DNA of 64,000 bases, from positions 51,646,001-51,710,000 of the forward strand of contig NC_135664.1 of NCBI RefSeq assembly GCF_964188315.1. Direction: 5' to 3'. The stretch comes from Podarcis muralis (Eukaryota). The position numbers and the translations under genes were made by a program. This document shows positions 13,036-22,552 of this stretch, piece after piece; position 1 is the stretch's first letter, and each line of letters begins with the position of its first letter. Below the pieces are notes generated by a model. The model was not told the origin of the DNA. It searched no databases and worked only from the letters and a program-made list of their open reading frames with translations.

Positions 13036-13628
13036 CTTCCGAGGGGCGCCCGATTACTCCCCTCACAGATTCTCCTGGTGGCGGAGGCCGGTAGATGTTG
13101 AGGCAGGGGGCGGGGGGAGAGAAGTCGGAGGGAAGAGCTGCCGGCTGTTCAGGAATAAATGAAATCGGCGTCGCGGCTCATGCCGAGCCGGGGTCCCGCC
13201 ACTGAGGGGAAACACCCTCAGGGGGGGTTATACAGAAGAAGGAACAGGGGAGCCAAGGGGAGCGGGGGGCCGTAGGCAGCGGCGGCTTTAGGACCCGGTG
13301 GAGGCGGCAGCTGCGGCTGTGGAGGCGGCGGCAGCTCCAGTAGCAGTGGCGATGGCCTCCAGCGAGAAACGCATTACCCCTTCTTTCCTCAGCCCCGCGC
13401 CCGCTCCACGCAGTTGGCGGTTAGGAGATGGAGGGGAGGGTCGAAGAGTTCCGCGGAGTTCGACGCAGACCCGGCTCGAGCTGAACGGACGGCGGTTAGT
13501 TCCCCTCCTGGGTTTCTTCCCCTCACACGCAGCCACAGACCGGCCGCCGCTCGCCTCGCCGCCCGCCCTGTGACTCTACGCAGCAACCCTGCACTACAGG
13601 AGCCGCCCAGCGCCGCCCCCTCCTCCCC

Positions 13629-13682
13629 ATTGGCTGCCCGCGCGGAACGTGACCTCCGGCCGCCTCACGTTTCTGAAACGTG
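13629..13682 (-). promoter_or_regulatory. CRY1 proximal promoter: CCAAT box plus three E'-boxes (CACGTT/AACGTG)
   Basis: ATTGG at 13629-13633, AACGTG at 13646-13651, CACGTT at 13666-13671, AACGTG at 13677-13682. Minus strand TTCAGAAACGTGAGGCGGCCGGAGGTCACGTT resembles the mammalian Cry1 E'/E-box module. Confidence 0.8.
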
Positions 13683-14283
13683 TTTACGGGTTTCTGGCGG
13701 GCGGAGGGAAGGAGCGGGTATCTCCCTCCGCGCGCGCAGCGCAGAGCTCGGGAGCAACGCGGGGCTGAGGGAACCAAAACAGCAAAACTTAACGGCTTAC
13801 TTTAAAGCAGTGTCAACACACACACAGAGGAACGAGCTCGTCTGAAACGGCGAGGCTCCAGCCGCGAGCCGCCCTCAGTCGACGGACAAACAAATACAAA
13901 ATGAGGCCAGGGGGCGTGGCTAACCGGCTCCTGGCCACGCCCTCAGGGCGGGCGCGAATGTCCCGGATGAGCACGGGGCTTCGGTGGAGGTTTCTGCTAA
14001 GCGCGTGGCGAGCCGCGTAAATGCGCGCGGGCGCCGGAGCCGCTGGGTTACGTATGCGCGCGTGCACGTACGCACGGGGTGCGCGCACTGGTGTCTCTAC
14101 TACTCCCCCCCGCTTTTATTGCAGCCGCCTGGGCCAGCCCGTGCGCGGCTCGTGTTTGTAACACATGGGTGAGGCGTGGACGCGCGCGCTGTTCGGGTCC
14201 TTCCGCTCGCACGGCTGGCGACGGGGGCGGCCTGGAGCGCGCGGGCGGCGAGAGGCAGCGCTGCGAACCTTGGCGAAGTCGTC

Positions 14284-14293
14284 GTTATGTAAC
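14284..14293. promoter_or_regulatory. Perfect D-box (PAR-bZIP/NFIL3 site) GTTATGTAAC
   Basis: Exact match to RTTAYGTAAY inside the CpG island, about 0.65 kb upstream of the CRY1 E'-box module. Confidence 0.55.
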
Positions 14294-16277
14294 TGAAGTG
14301 CGTGAGGCGGCTGCGGCCTCCCTGTCACCTCGCAGCGGTGCTTCCGCCCTGCTACTGTTACGGTCCGCGTCATGCGCTGCGTTTTAATTTAAATATTATT
14401 ACTTAGTTCGCCACGCTCTGCAGCCAAATAAAAACCCAGAATCTCTTCCGTAGGGCAAAATAAAACCCTACCTCTGCTCGTGCTTTATTTACCAGTGCCA
14501 GTTCACCCACCAATATGAGGATGCAGCTGAGTGTTGGTAATTGTGCATTGGAAATGGACTTTTGCAGACCTTTCTCAAAAGAGAGTTTCAAGACCTTCGA
14601 TTTACAGTTTTTGCTGGCATATTTTTACAAAAAGCATAAACTCTCACATTACTCGATAACCCAGATTATGTCATCTGAGAGCCCCTTTAGGCCAGTCCCT
14701 GACTGCCAAGGACCTGCAGCACTGACGGAGATGCTGAGGCAAATGAGGAGACACAGATGGGAAGGCGGGTTTTGGTACTTACGGTATTTCTACCATGCAG
14801 ATTACTCTCGTGTGGGAACATTTGATGGCTCCTGTTTGGAAGCTGTACTGTTTACACTGCCTCGGTAATCTGGAGCATCTAATGGCTCTCCCTCTTTCTC
14901 ACACTCCACAGAGAAAGGAAGACAATAGCACAACAAAAACAATTACAACATAATAAAATAACAGTAATGTGGTTGCAAGAGTGGAACCATTGTCCTACTT
15001 TCTCCCCTCACAGCTTCCATAATGGGACAGGAGAAAGCCAGTTTGATGGGATAAATTGCTCATTCCCTCTCCAAAGCCTAACTTCATAAATGAAAAAGTC
15101 TATATTTGATAAAGTGGATACCCTAATCTTGCTCTAAACAAGCTAGACAGAAATAGGAAGTATCTCCTATGCCAACAACATTAGATTAGACAGACTTTAG
15201 ATTAGTCAAGGCTATCCTGCATTTTCATCCACTTTGCACCAAAATAAACCCATACCATGTCATTTCTTGCTAGAAAGAAGCCTTAGGAAAACTTGCTCTT
15301 CTACACCATTTGGAAAGTAGCTGCAAGCAAAACTATTAATTCACATACTTTTCCCAGAGTGAATTTTTTCTCAGAATATCTGCTTTCAAAGCCACTTGAA
15401 GATACCATGCATTTAAGCACATGGCTTCCCTTATTAGACTTAGAGAATCATGGGGTCTGTAGCTTTGCCTCTCACAAAACTACAATTTCCAGTACCCTTA
15501 CTACTGCCTGGATTCTTTGGGGGAAGACATGAGCTTTAAATGCATGTCATGCATGTGACCCTAGTAAGCTGAGCTGCTGATTTAGTGGGAATTTGAAGAC
15601 TAGAATTGTATACGCACAAAGCATTTGAAACACATTCTTTTCTGCAAAGAATTTTGGGCACTGTCAGTTTACCCTTCACAGAGTTACAATTCCCAGCAGC
15701 CCTTAAAAACGACAGTGCTCAGAATTCTTTGAAGGAAAGAATACCCTTCAAATGTGTTTTCTAGGTTTAGTGTGTACACAGCCTATGGCACATCCAGATG
15801 ATTGTGCAACAGAATACTGTAATATCTTTAGTATTTATGTGAAGAGAGTTTGCCTTAGGGACTTTGGTTTCATGATAATGAGGTATATAGGTGTTCACAT
15901 CCAAGCCACCTTGGGTCACACCCACTTTGGAAACATGCCTGGTCTAACAGCACCTAAGAGGCTTGGGAGAGGGAGGGGGTTGCAGACAGCTTCTATTTAA
16001 TACACTATAAGGTGGTGTAGGTTTTATGGGGCCAAAATAATGTCGCTGGGAATCTAGTATTAACTGTGTGCTTGACCTGCTCAGCATATTCACTTGCAAT
16101 TAAGTGGATTACTACAAAGACACCACAAATCTCCAGTGCTCCCTCTTTCATAGGAAACTAATCCTGTAAAAAGACAGACCTGTATTTTTAACAATTCAGG
16201 GCTTCTTCAACCACAGCTTCCTACATTTTCACTTTTATGCTAAGTTAGAAGCTGGGGCATATGAAGATTGTGTATCC

Positions 16278-16694
16278 TAATAATAATAATAATAATTTAT
16301 TATTTGTACCCCGCCCATCTGGCTGGGTTTCCCCAGCCACTCTGGGCGGCTTCCATAAAAACCAAAGATACAGTAAAATATCACAGATTAAAAACTTCCC
16401 TGAACAGGGCTGCCTTAAGATGCCTTCTGAATGTCAGGTAGTTATTTATCGCTTTGACATCTGATGGGAGGGCGTTCCACAGGGCGGGCGCCACTACCGA
16501 GAAGGCCCTCTGCCTGGTTCCCTGTAACTTGGCTTCTCGCAATGAGGGAACCGCCAGAAGGCCCTCGGAGCTGGACCTCAGTGTCCGGGCAGAACGATGG
16601 GGGAGGAGATGCTCCTTCAGGTATACTGGGCCGAGGCCGTTTAGGGCTTTAAAGGTCAACACCAGCACTTTGAATTGTGCTCGGAAACGTACTG
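16278..16694 (-). mobile_element. Young 5'-truncated L2 LINE 3' end with (AAT)n tail
   Basis: ORF 16381-16719 includes RFRAQFKVLVLTFKALNGLGPVYLKEHL...RAFSVVAPALWNALP...FRRHLKAALF, an L2 ORF2 C-terminus still in frame. Confidence 0.88.
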
Positions 16695-17342
16695 CATTAT
16701 TGCAGTAAAGGTACTGCATTATTTATTGAAAAAAAATATTAGCTGATCTTCAGTTTTGTCTCTCAGGGTGAGGTACAGCATAAAATACAGTAAATACAAT
16801 CAAATAACAAATTGCATCAGCAGTTTAAAAAATGTGCAGGTTTTGCAGTTTTCCACATGTTTGGAGACTTAGCTCTTGGTATCATGGACTGCAAAGCCAA
16901 TGGTTGCTCATTCTACAGTTGGCATGGATTCTACAGTTGGCATGGGAGGGGTGGCTAACACCCCAGAGGACAGGATCACACTTCAAAACGACCTTGACAG
17001 ATTAGAGAACACACCACTAGTTAAACTGAGGAACAGAGGGAATTGCTAAGCGAAAAGAACAACAAAGCTCTGATTGTATGCATGGTTCTTTCCTCATTGC
17101 AAAATTATTTCAGGGCTGCGCAGTGGAATAGGACCCAACATAGCAGTGTTTGATAATGAAATTTATTTGTTAAAACAGCAATGTGAGTTCCATATTTCTG
17201 CTACAATCCACGACCACTAGTTCTTGGCAGTTCTACCCCTTTTGATGTCTATCATGGAGAGTCTAAAAATGTAGGCAGCTTTGTTGAGCCATATTTACGC
17301 AAATACAAGCACCTTCCCACCCCTGGAAGAAAAGCAGCAGTA

Positions 17343-17576
17343 CAGTGGTACCTTGGGTTACAGACGCTTCAGGTTACAGAAACTTCAGGTTACAGACTCT
17401 GCTAACTGGGAAGTAGTACCTCGGGTTAAGAACTTTACCTCAGGATGAGAACACAAATTGCACAGCGGCGGCATCAAGAGGCCCCATTAGCTAAAGTGGT
17501 GCTTCAGGTTAAGAACAGTTTCAGGTTAAGAATGGACCTCCAGAACGAATTAAGTTCTTAACCCGAGGTACCACTG
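17343..17576. mobile_element. Tigger-type MITE
   Basis: TIRs CAGTGGTACCT and AGGTACCACTG, TA flanks. Confidence 0.9.
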
Positions 17577-17842
17577 TACATAGAAAACCACCCAATTCAT
17601 TAAGGTTTGCTGACAATCACTGAACAGACACTAATATGATAAATTCAACTTGCAAAAATCACTGAAATTTAACAAAAGATCTTCAGCCAGCTGAAATGCA
17701 GCCCTTAGTAGGAACCCCATTAAAGAAAAGGGGGGAAATATATCCAACCTTTTCTTATTTCCCTGACTTCCTGTATGCTAATCTATTGGAAATAATAGGA
17801 AAATGTGAAAGAACTCCTGAAGAAGCATAGTTGTACCACACT

Positions 17843-18193
17843 CAGTGCCAGATTTATGTATATAAGCTAAACAAGCTATAGTTTAGGGGCCCACTCTCTT
17901 GGGGACCCCAAAAAAATTTAAAGGGAAAAAAACCCTGGGTGTACATTTCCAAAATACTGTATAAGATAAAAAACAAATAAAATAAAACCTACATACAGTT
18001 AGAGCTTAATAATTATTTCACTATTAATATCCTTCTTCTTAATTTTATTTCACTATTAATATCCTTCTTCTTAATTGCATTTCAAAAACAGTGACAAATT
18101 GTTGTTCCCAAAGGACAGCTGGACAGCTGGACATATAAAGAGCCCCATTACCTTCAGTAGCTTAGGGCCTCATCAAACCTAAATCCGGCCCTG
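17843..18193. mobile_element. hAT MITE with 8-bp TSD
   Basis: TIRs CAGTGCCAGATTT and AAATCCGGCCCTG. TSD ACCACACT on both sides. Confidence 0.88.
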
Positions 18194-19099
18194 ACCACAC
18201 TAGTTCTCTTTGCACTAAGTACTGTACTAAGGCTTGGCAGAACATCGTGTACCATGAAGCAAGAAAGAAATCCAAAGCATCTAATGTCTTTGAAAGCTAG
18301 GAGTATAACAAACCCTGTAATTTGCTAATCATATGGTGCTTGTTATGACGTTAAGTGCAAGGTGGTGTGTTAGTGTTGCCTGAGTGTGCTTTTAATGACA
18401 TGTTTCCACACCTGAAAAGTTTTGTTTCTTTTTAAGATTTCCACGTGATGCAGTTTCCTGCAAGTTGCTTTCATAATAATTAGAATCTATACCTGTAGTA
18501 TTTTGACTACTGCGTTACTTATCTAGCCTAAAAAGAACCTCTCCTACTTCTTAAAAATTAGGCAATTACATTAACATTTACTTTTATGTTTAGTTTGCGT
18601 ACTAAACTGCGTGCTTCGTGGCTTCAGGAAGGAATGTATTCTGTTTGTGCTGGTGTCAGTCAAGATTGACAATCAGATGAAGGGAGTTTCATCAATTAAC
18701 CGGTCCAGGTGAAGCCATTGTCCGCTTTGCACCATTTCAAATTTCAAAACTTGCTGCTGAATAAATGTCAGTCCGTGCCAATGCTCACTTAAACAGCTCT
18801 CCCAGAAGAGTCCTGGGAACGATAGCTTTTTGAGGGTGCTGGGCATTACGTACACTACAGTTCCCAGGACTCCTTGGGGGAAAGCCATGAGTGTTAAAAG
18901 TGGTAGAAATGTGCTTTAAAAATGTATGCTGTGAATAAGCATCTCAGTTTCTCCCACTCTTTTGCAAATAAGTGTTTCTGTCCTTTGCGGTTATTATGGA
19001 AAGGGGTAGTTGCAGGGAACAGTGCGTTCGTCTTGTGGTTATTTTTCCTTTTAAAAAATCACAACATCAACAAATCCCTTTCAAATCACTCCTCTGGCT

Positions 19100-19570
19100 T
19101 GTCACAGCCGCCAACCCGAGTTGCAAAAGTGGAAATGGTTCGCTCCGCCAGCATTACACCCTTCCCTCTGCCTCGCACAATGAATGGTATGGCCAAGAAG
19201 CGTGCCCGGGTGGCTGTTACTGCCGCCTCTCCATTGGTGGAAACGCAGGCGCCCCTTCGCTGTGCTTCCGGATCTCCCGTCGCGCTTCAGGCCCGGAGAA
19301 GCTGCCGCGTGCGCGGGGTCTGCACTGAGGATGGGGATCCGGGACGGGACAGTGCAAGGTCAAGCGCCCAAGGGATCGCAGAGGCCTGGTGTGGAGGGAA
19401 TGGCGGAGGCAGCAGCAAAGCCCGGCCGCAGCAGCTTTACGGAAGGGAAACAGACGGTCACCCAGCAAGGGCGGTGTGTGGGTTGAGCTCCGATTTAGTA
19501 AGTATCTCTCGCTGGAAGGGACAGTCTCGCTGGAAGGGACAGTCCGGTGTTTGACACACACCTGGCCACC
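19100..19570 (+). promoter_or_regulatory. Small CpG island; probable MTERF2 promoter and non-coding first exon
   Basis: CpG-rich block 1.5 kb upstream of the MTERF2 acceptor (AG at 21023-21024). Candidate donor ttta|gtaagt at 19498. Confidence 0.55.
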
Positions 19571-19574
19571 AGTG

Positions 19575-20025
19575 CAGTGCCGGATTTACGTATCAGCTAA
19601 ACAAGCTATAGCTTAGGGCCCCAATCTCTTGGGGGGCCCCCAAAATGGGAAAAACCCAGAATGTACATTTCCAAAATATAAGACCAAAAAAACCCCAAAC
19701 CTACATACAGCAACAGTGTTTAGTGTTGTGTAGGCTCCTGTGATGTAAGTAATGGGCCCCCAATCATTTTAAGTTAGGGCTTAATAATTATTTTACTATT
19801 AATATGCTTCTTAATTGCATTTCAGTTCAACAATTACTTTGATAAAATACATATTCTGTTATGTGTAAATGGCTTTGCATACCTATTAGGTCCATAAATT
19901 ACCATATAGCATATATTCAACACAAAAAACAGCGACAATTTGTTGTTGACAAAGGACAAAGGACATATAAAGGGCCCCATTACCTTCAGTAGCTTAGGAC
20001 TTCATCAAACCTAAATCCGGTCCTG
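19575..20025. mobile_element. hAT MITE, same family as 17843-18193
   Basis: Shared ends and interior (gctaaacaagctatag, ttaccttcagtagcttagg, atcaaacctaaatccgg). No intact TSD found. Confidence 0.82.
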
Positions 20026-21059
20026 CTTAGGCCAACCTTAAAATAATGAAATAAATAAGCGGACTTTACAACCCGATTTTAGCAGTCCTCCCATAGCAGA
20101 CACAACTGGAATGCGTCCTAAATATATTGATTCATGTCACCCCAATTTCCAAGAAGGGTAACTTATTTGGTTGTCCTGATTGTGGTGCTTAAAAGGCTAG
20201 CCATTAAAGATAAAGGAACTGGTTTGGCAAGCTTCCACAGATCCAGGATCTTAAGGATTAGAGGGGCATCATCCAGACTGACCCCCCCCCCAAAAAAAAC
20301 TCCTATCAATATAAAAAAGAAGTGCGTCTTCAGCATATAACAAAAGTTGTACAATAGGGGAGCCTCTGTGGGGAGGGTTTTTCAGTAACATGTCTACCTC
20401 CATGGTACTTCAAGGGACTGAAGCTCTTTTAAAGTTTTGCCACAAGCATAGTGCGACCTGCTTCTGTGATGGTGAAAAAAGAGAGGCCTCGCAAAATAGG
20501 CGAGAGTAAGGTTGTGAAATGGGACCTTTAAAAAAATGAAAACAAATAGATTTAACTGTCATGGGTGTTTGAAGGTGACTGGTGCACTTACCTTAACCAT
20601 ACAGATGTAGCGGGTGGTTGTGCTTTCCCATCCATTCCTTGGTCCTCCGGCAGTTAAAGCGTGCGGTTTTATTTTACCCCCATTAAGTCTCAGAAGGTGT
20701 AGCAACAGGCACCCGGCCTCTTGCATTGCAAGTTTCTGTTGACCTACTAACATAAATTCTGCTACAGATTAACAGTCGTTTATCATTTATATCTGGCTGA
20801 GACAGAAGGTGCAAAGTACTTCACAGCATGCCCATTATTTAAATATGAATATTTGAATGCAGCTGCCACAGAGTGGAGCATAATGACAGCCTGGAAAGTT
20901 TGTTGTTAAACAGGAGCAGAAGTCCCCTAAGTGGGGAAAAGATTTTCTTGTTCTCCCCCCCCCCAAAAAAAAAAGTTGAACAGGCACAGTATTAATATTA
21001 TCTCAAATGCTTTCATTCTTTCAGGCCTTCTCAGACATAGTGCTAAATCACAAACTGAA

Positions 21060-22226
21060 ATGACCCACGTTGCTCCAAATCTATTTATGCGATCTCAGCC
21101 TCGCCTGCTGTTGCCAGCTCTTTCAGCCTTATGGAATCAAAGACAAAACAGAAACTTTTTACTGCATTTTCGATATACATCTGATGTCGCTGCTGGAGAG
21201 AACAAGGCCACTGTACAAAGCCTCTATGAGTTATCTGTGGATATCAAGAAGATCCGTAGGCTAAAGCCATGGGTGCTCTCAAAAGAGGTGACGCACGTCA
21301 AGGAAACAGCTAAGATTTTGCAAGAAATGGGAGCGGACAAGAGTTCTGTGGCATATATTTTTGAACGTTGTCCTGAGGCAATTCTTTGTAGCCCTACAGA
21401 TATCCATTATCAGAGAGAATTGTGGTTATCAGTCTGCCAAAATGAAAAACAACTAGTTGAATTAATAAAACGGTTCCCAGACTCCTTTTTTACAGTTAAA
21501 AACTATGAAAACCAGAAAGCCAACATTAGTTTCTTCAAAGATCTGGGACTGAAAAATGCGGTTATCAGCCGGCTCCTAACAAGCGCATCAAATATTTTTT
21601 ATAATCCTGTTGCAAAGAACAAGCATATGATAGAAACCCTACAAAGTAACTATATAAGGCTAGGAGGTTCACAGGAGAATATGAAGAACTGGATGATGAA
21701 ATTACTGAGTCAAAACCCATTTATTTTGTTAAATTCTTCGGCTGCTGTTGAAGAAAATTTGGGGTTTTTTCAGAAGAACAAATTCACTGACTTTGAAGTT
21801 TTGAGTCTGCTATCCAAGCTGAAGGGCTTTGTTTTTCAGCTTAACCCTAGTAGCATGCAGAACAGCCTGCTGTTCTCCAAGAACATCTTCAAATGCAGTG
21901 ATCATGAATTAAAAGAGCTAATAATTAAATGCCCTGCCCTTCTCTACTACTCAGTTCCAGTTCTGGAAGAAAGACTGGAGGGGCTATTGAAGGTGGGAAT
22001 TTCTGTGGACCAAATTAAACAAACACCTGCGGTGTTAGAACTGTCAGCAGAAATAGTGCAATATAGGATTAAAAAATTAGATGCCATAGGATACAGTCTA
22101 AAAGGCAGAACTCTAGAATACCTGAATGGGACAAAAAAGGATTTTGAAGTTACTTACGGAAAGATACAAGAAAAAAAGGAGAGGCCAATATTTAATCCAG
22201 TTGCTCCTTTAAACATTGAAGATTAA
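21060..22226 (+). CDS. MTERF2: Mitochondrial transcription termination factor 2 (388 aa, single coding exon)
   Basis: Translation contains [51 protein letters not shown] and [11 protein letters not shown], matching MTERF2. Acceptor tttcattctttcag| ends at 21024 and the first in-frame ATG after it is at 21060. The N-terminus is Arg-rich and acid-poor like a mitochondrial presequence. The ORF-track start at 20931 is a GTG upstream of the acceptor (intronic). Confidence 0.95.
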   Translation: MTHVAPNLFMRSQPRLLLPALSALWNQRQNRNFLLHFRYTSDVAAGENKATVQSLYELSVDIKKIRRLKPWVLSKEVTHVKETAKILQEMGADKSSVAYIFERCPEAILCSPTDIHYQRELWLSVCQNEKQLVELIKRFPDSFFTVKNYENQKANISFFKDLGLKNAVISRLLTSASNIFYNPVAKNKHMIETLQSNYIRLGGSQENMKNWMMKLLSQNPFILLNSSAAVEENLGFFQKNKFTDFEVLSLLSKLKGFVFQLNPSSMQNSLLFSKNIFKCSDHELKELIIKCPALLYYSVPVLEERLEGLLKVGISVDQIKQTPAVLELSAEIVQYRIKKLDAIGYSLKGRTLEYLNGTKKDFEVTYGKIQEKKERPIFNPVAPLNIED

Positions 22227-22546
22227 TTTCTGGAATGTATTTAAGAATGCCACATGGGAGTTTGGGATGAAAGAGGTTTGTGTGACTTTTTAATACTTGG
22301 AGAACACTGAATGTGATTGATACTCAAAATGGACTTTTATTCACACCCTACTTCTTTCAGTTTAAATGAATTTTTTTAAACACGGAACTCAGTGAGTAAT
22401 GGGATTGCAAGTTTCTCCACCAAATTGGACACCATCTTATCAGAAACTTAACTTGAATGATGCTGCTGTTAACAGTGTTGCTGAAACTAACCAAAAGAAA
22501 AATAAACCCACCAGGTCATTCTGTATCAGTTTTCAGTAAGTTGACA

Positions 22547-22552
22547 AATAAA
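22547..22552 (+). terminator. Candidate MTERF2 polyadenylation signal (another AATAAA at 22501)
   Basis: AATAAA about 320 nt after the stop codon. Confidence 0.4.

Larger units (their letters stand above)
12550..14390. promoter_or_regulatory. CpG island over the CRY1 promoter, 5'UTR and exon 1 (approximate limits)
   Basis: High GC and CpG density against an AT-rich, CpG-poor background. Confidence 0.9.

Noticed and set aside
13288-14387. Many 60-140 aa ORFs on both strands around the CRY1 promoter
   Set aside because: Expected stop-codon scarcity in a CpG island, mostly non-ATG starts, and no homology. Only the two ATG-initiated uORFs were kept.
18922-19554. 210-aa ORF across the MTERF2 CpG island as a possible upstream coding exon
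   Set aside because: No recognisable homology. At the candidate donor (19497) it is phase 0, while the MTERF2 acceptor needs phase 1, so it cannot join in frame.
20747-20760. Near-RRE (TTAGTAGGTCA on the minus strand) in the MTERF2 intron; also GTTATAGGTCA at about 631-641
   Set aside because: Each is an isolated site with mismatches to WAWNTRGGTCA in the 5' extension. Such matches are expected by chance in 64 kb.
20455-20770. Possible intronic snoRNA or other structured ncRNA upstream of the MTERF2 exon
   Set aside because: No convincing C/D box pair with a terminal stem and no H/ACA architecture by eye. An Infernal/Rfam scan would be needed.
20931-21059. N-terminal extension of MTERF2 shown in the ORF track (431 aa)
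   Set aside because: It starts at GTG and crosses a poly-C/poly-A tract and a clear splice acceptor at 21024. The ATG at 21060 gives 388 aa, close to the recalled ortholog size.
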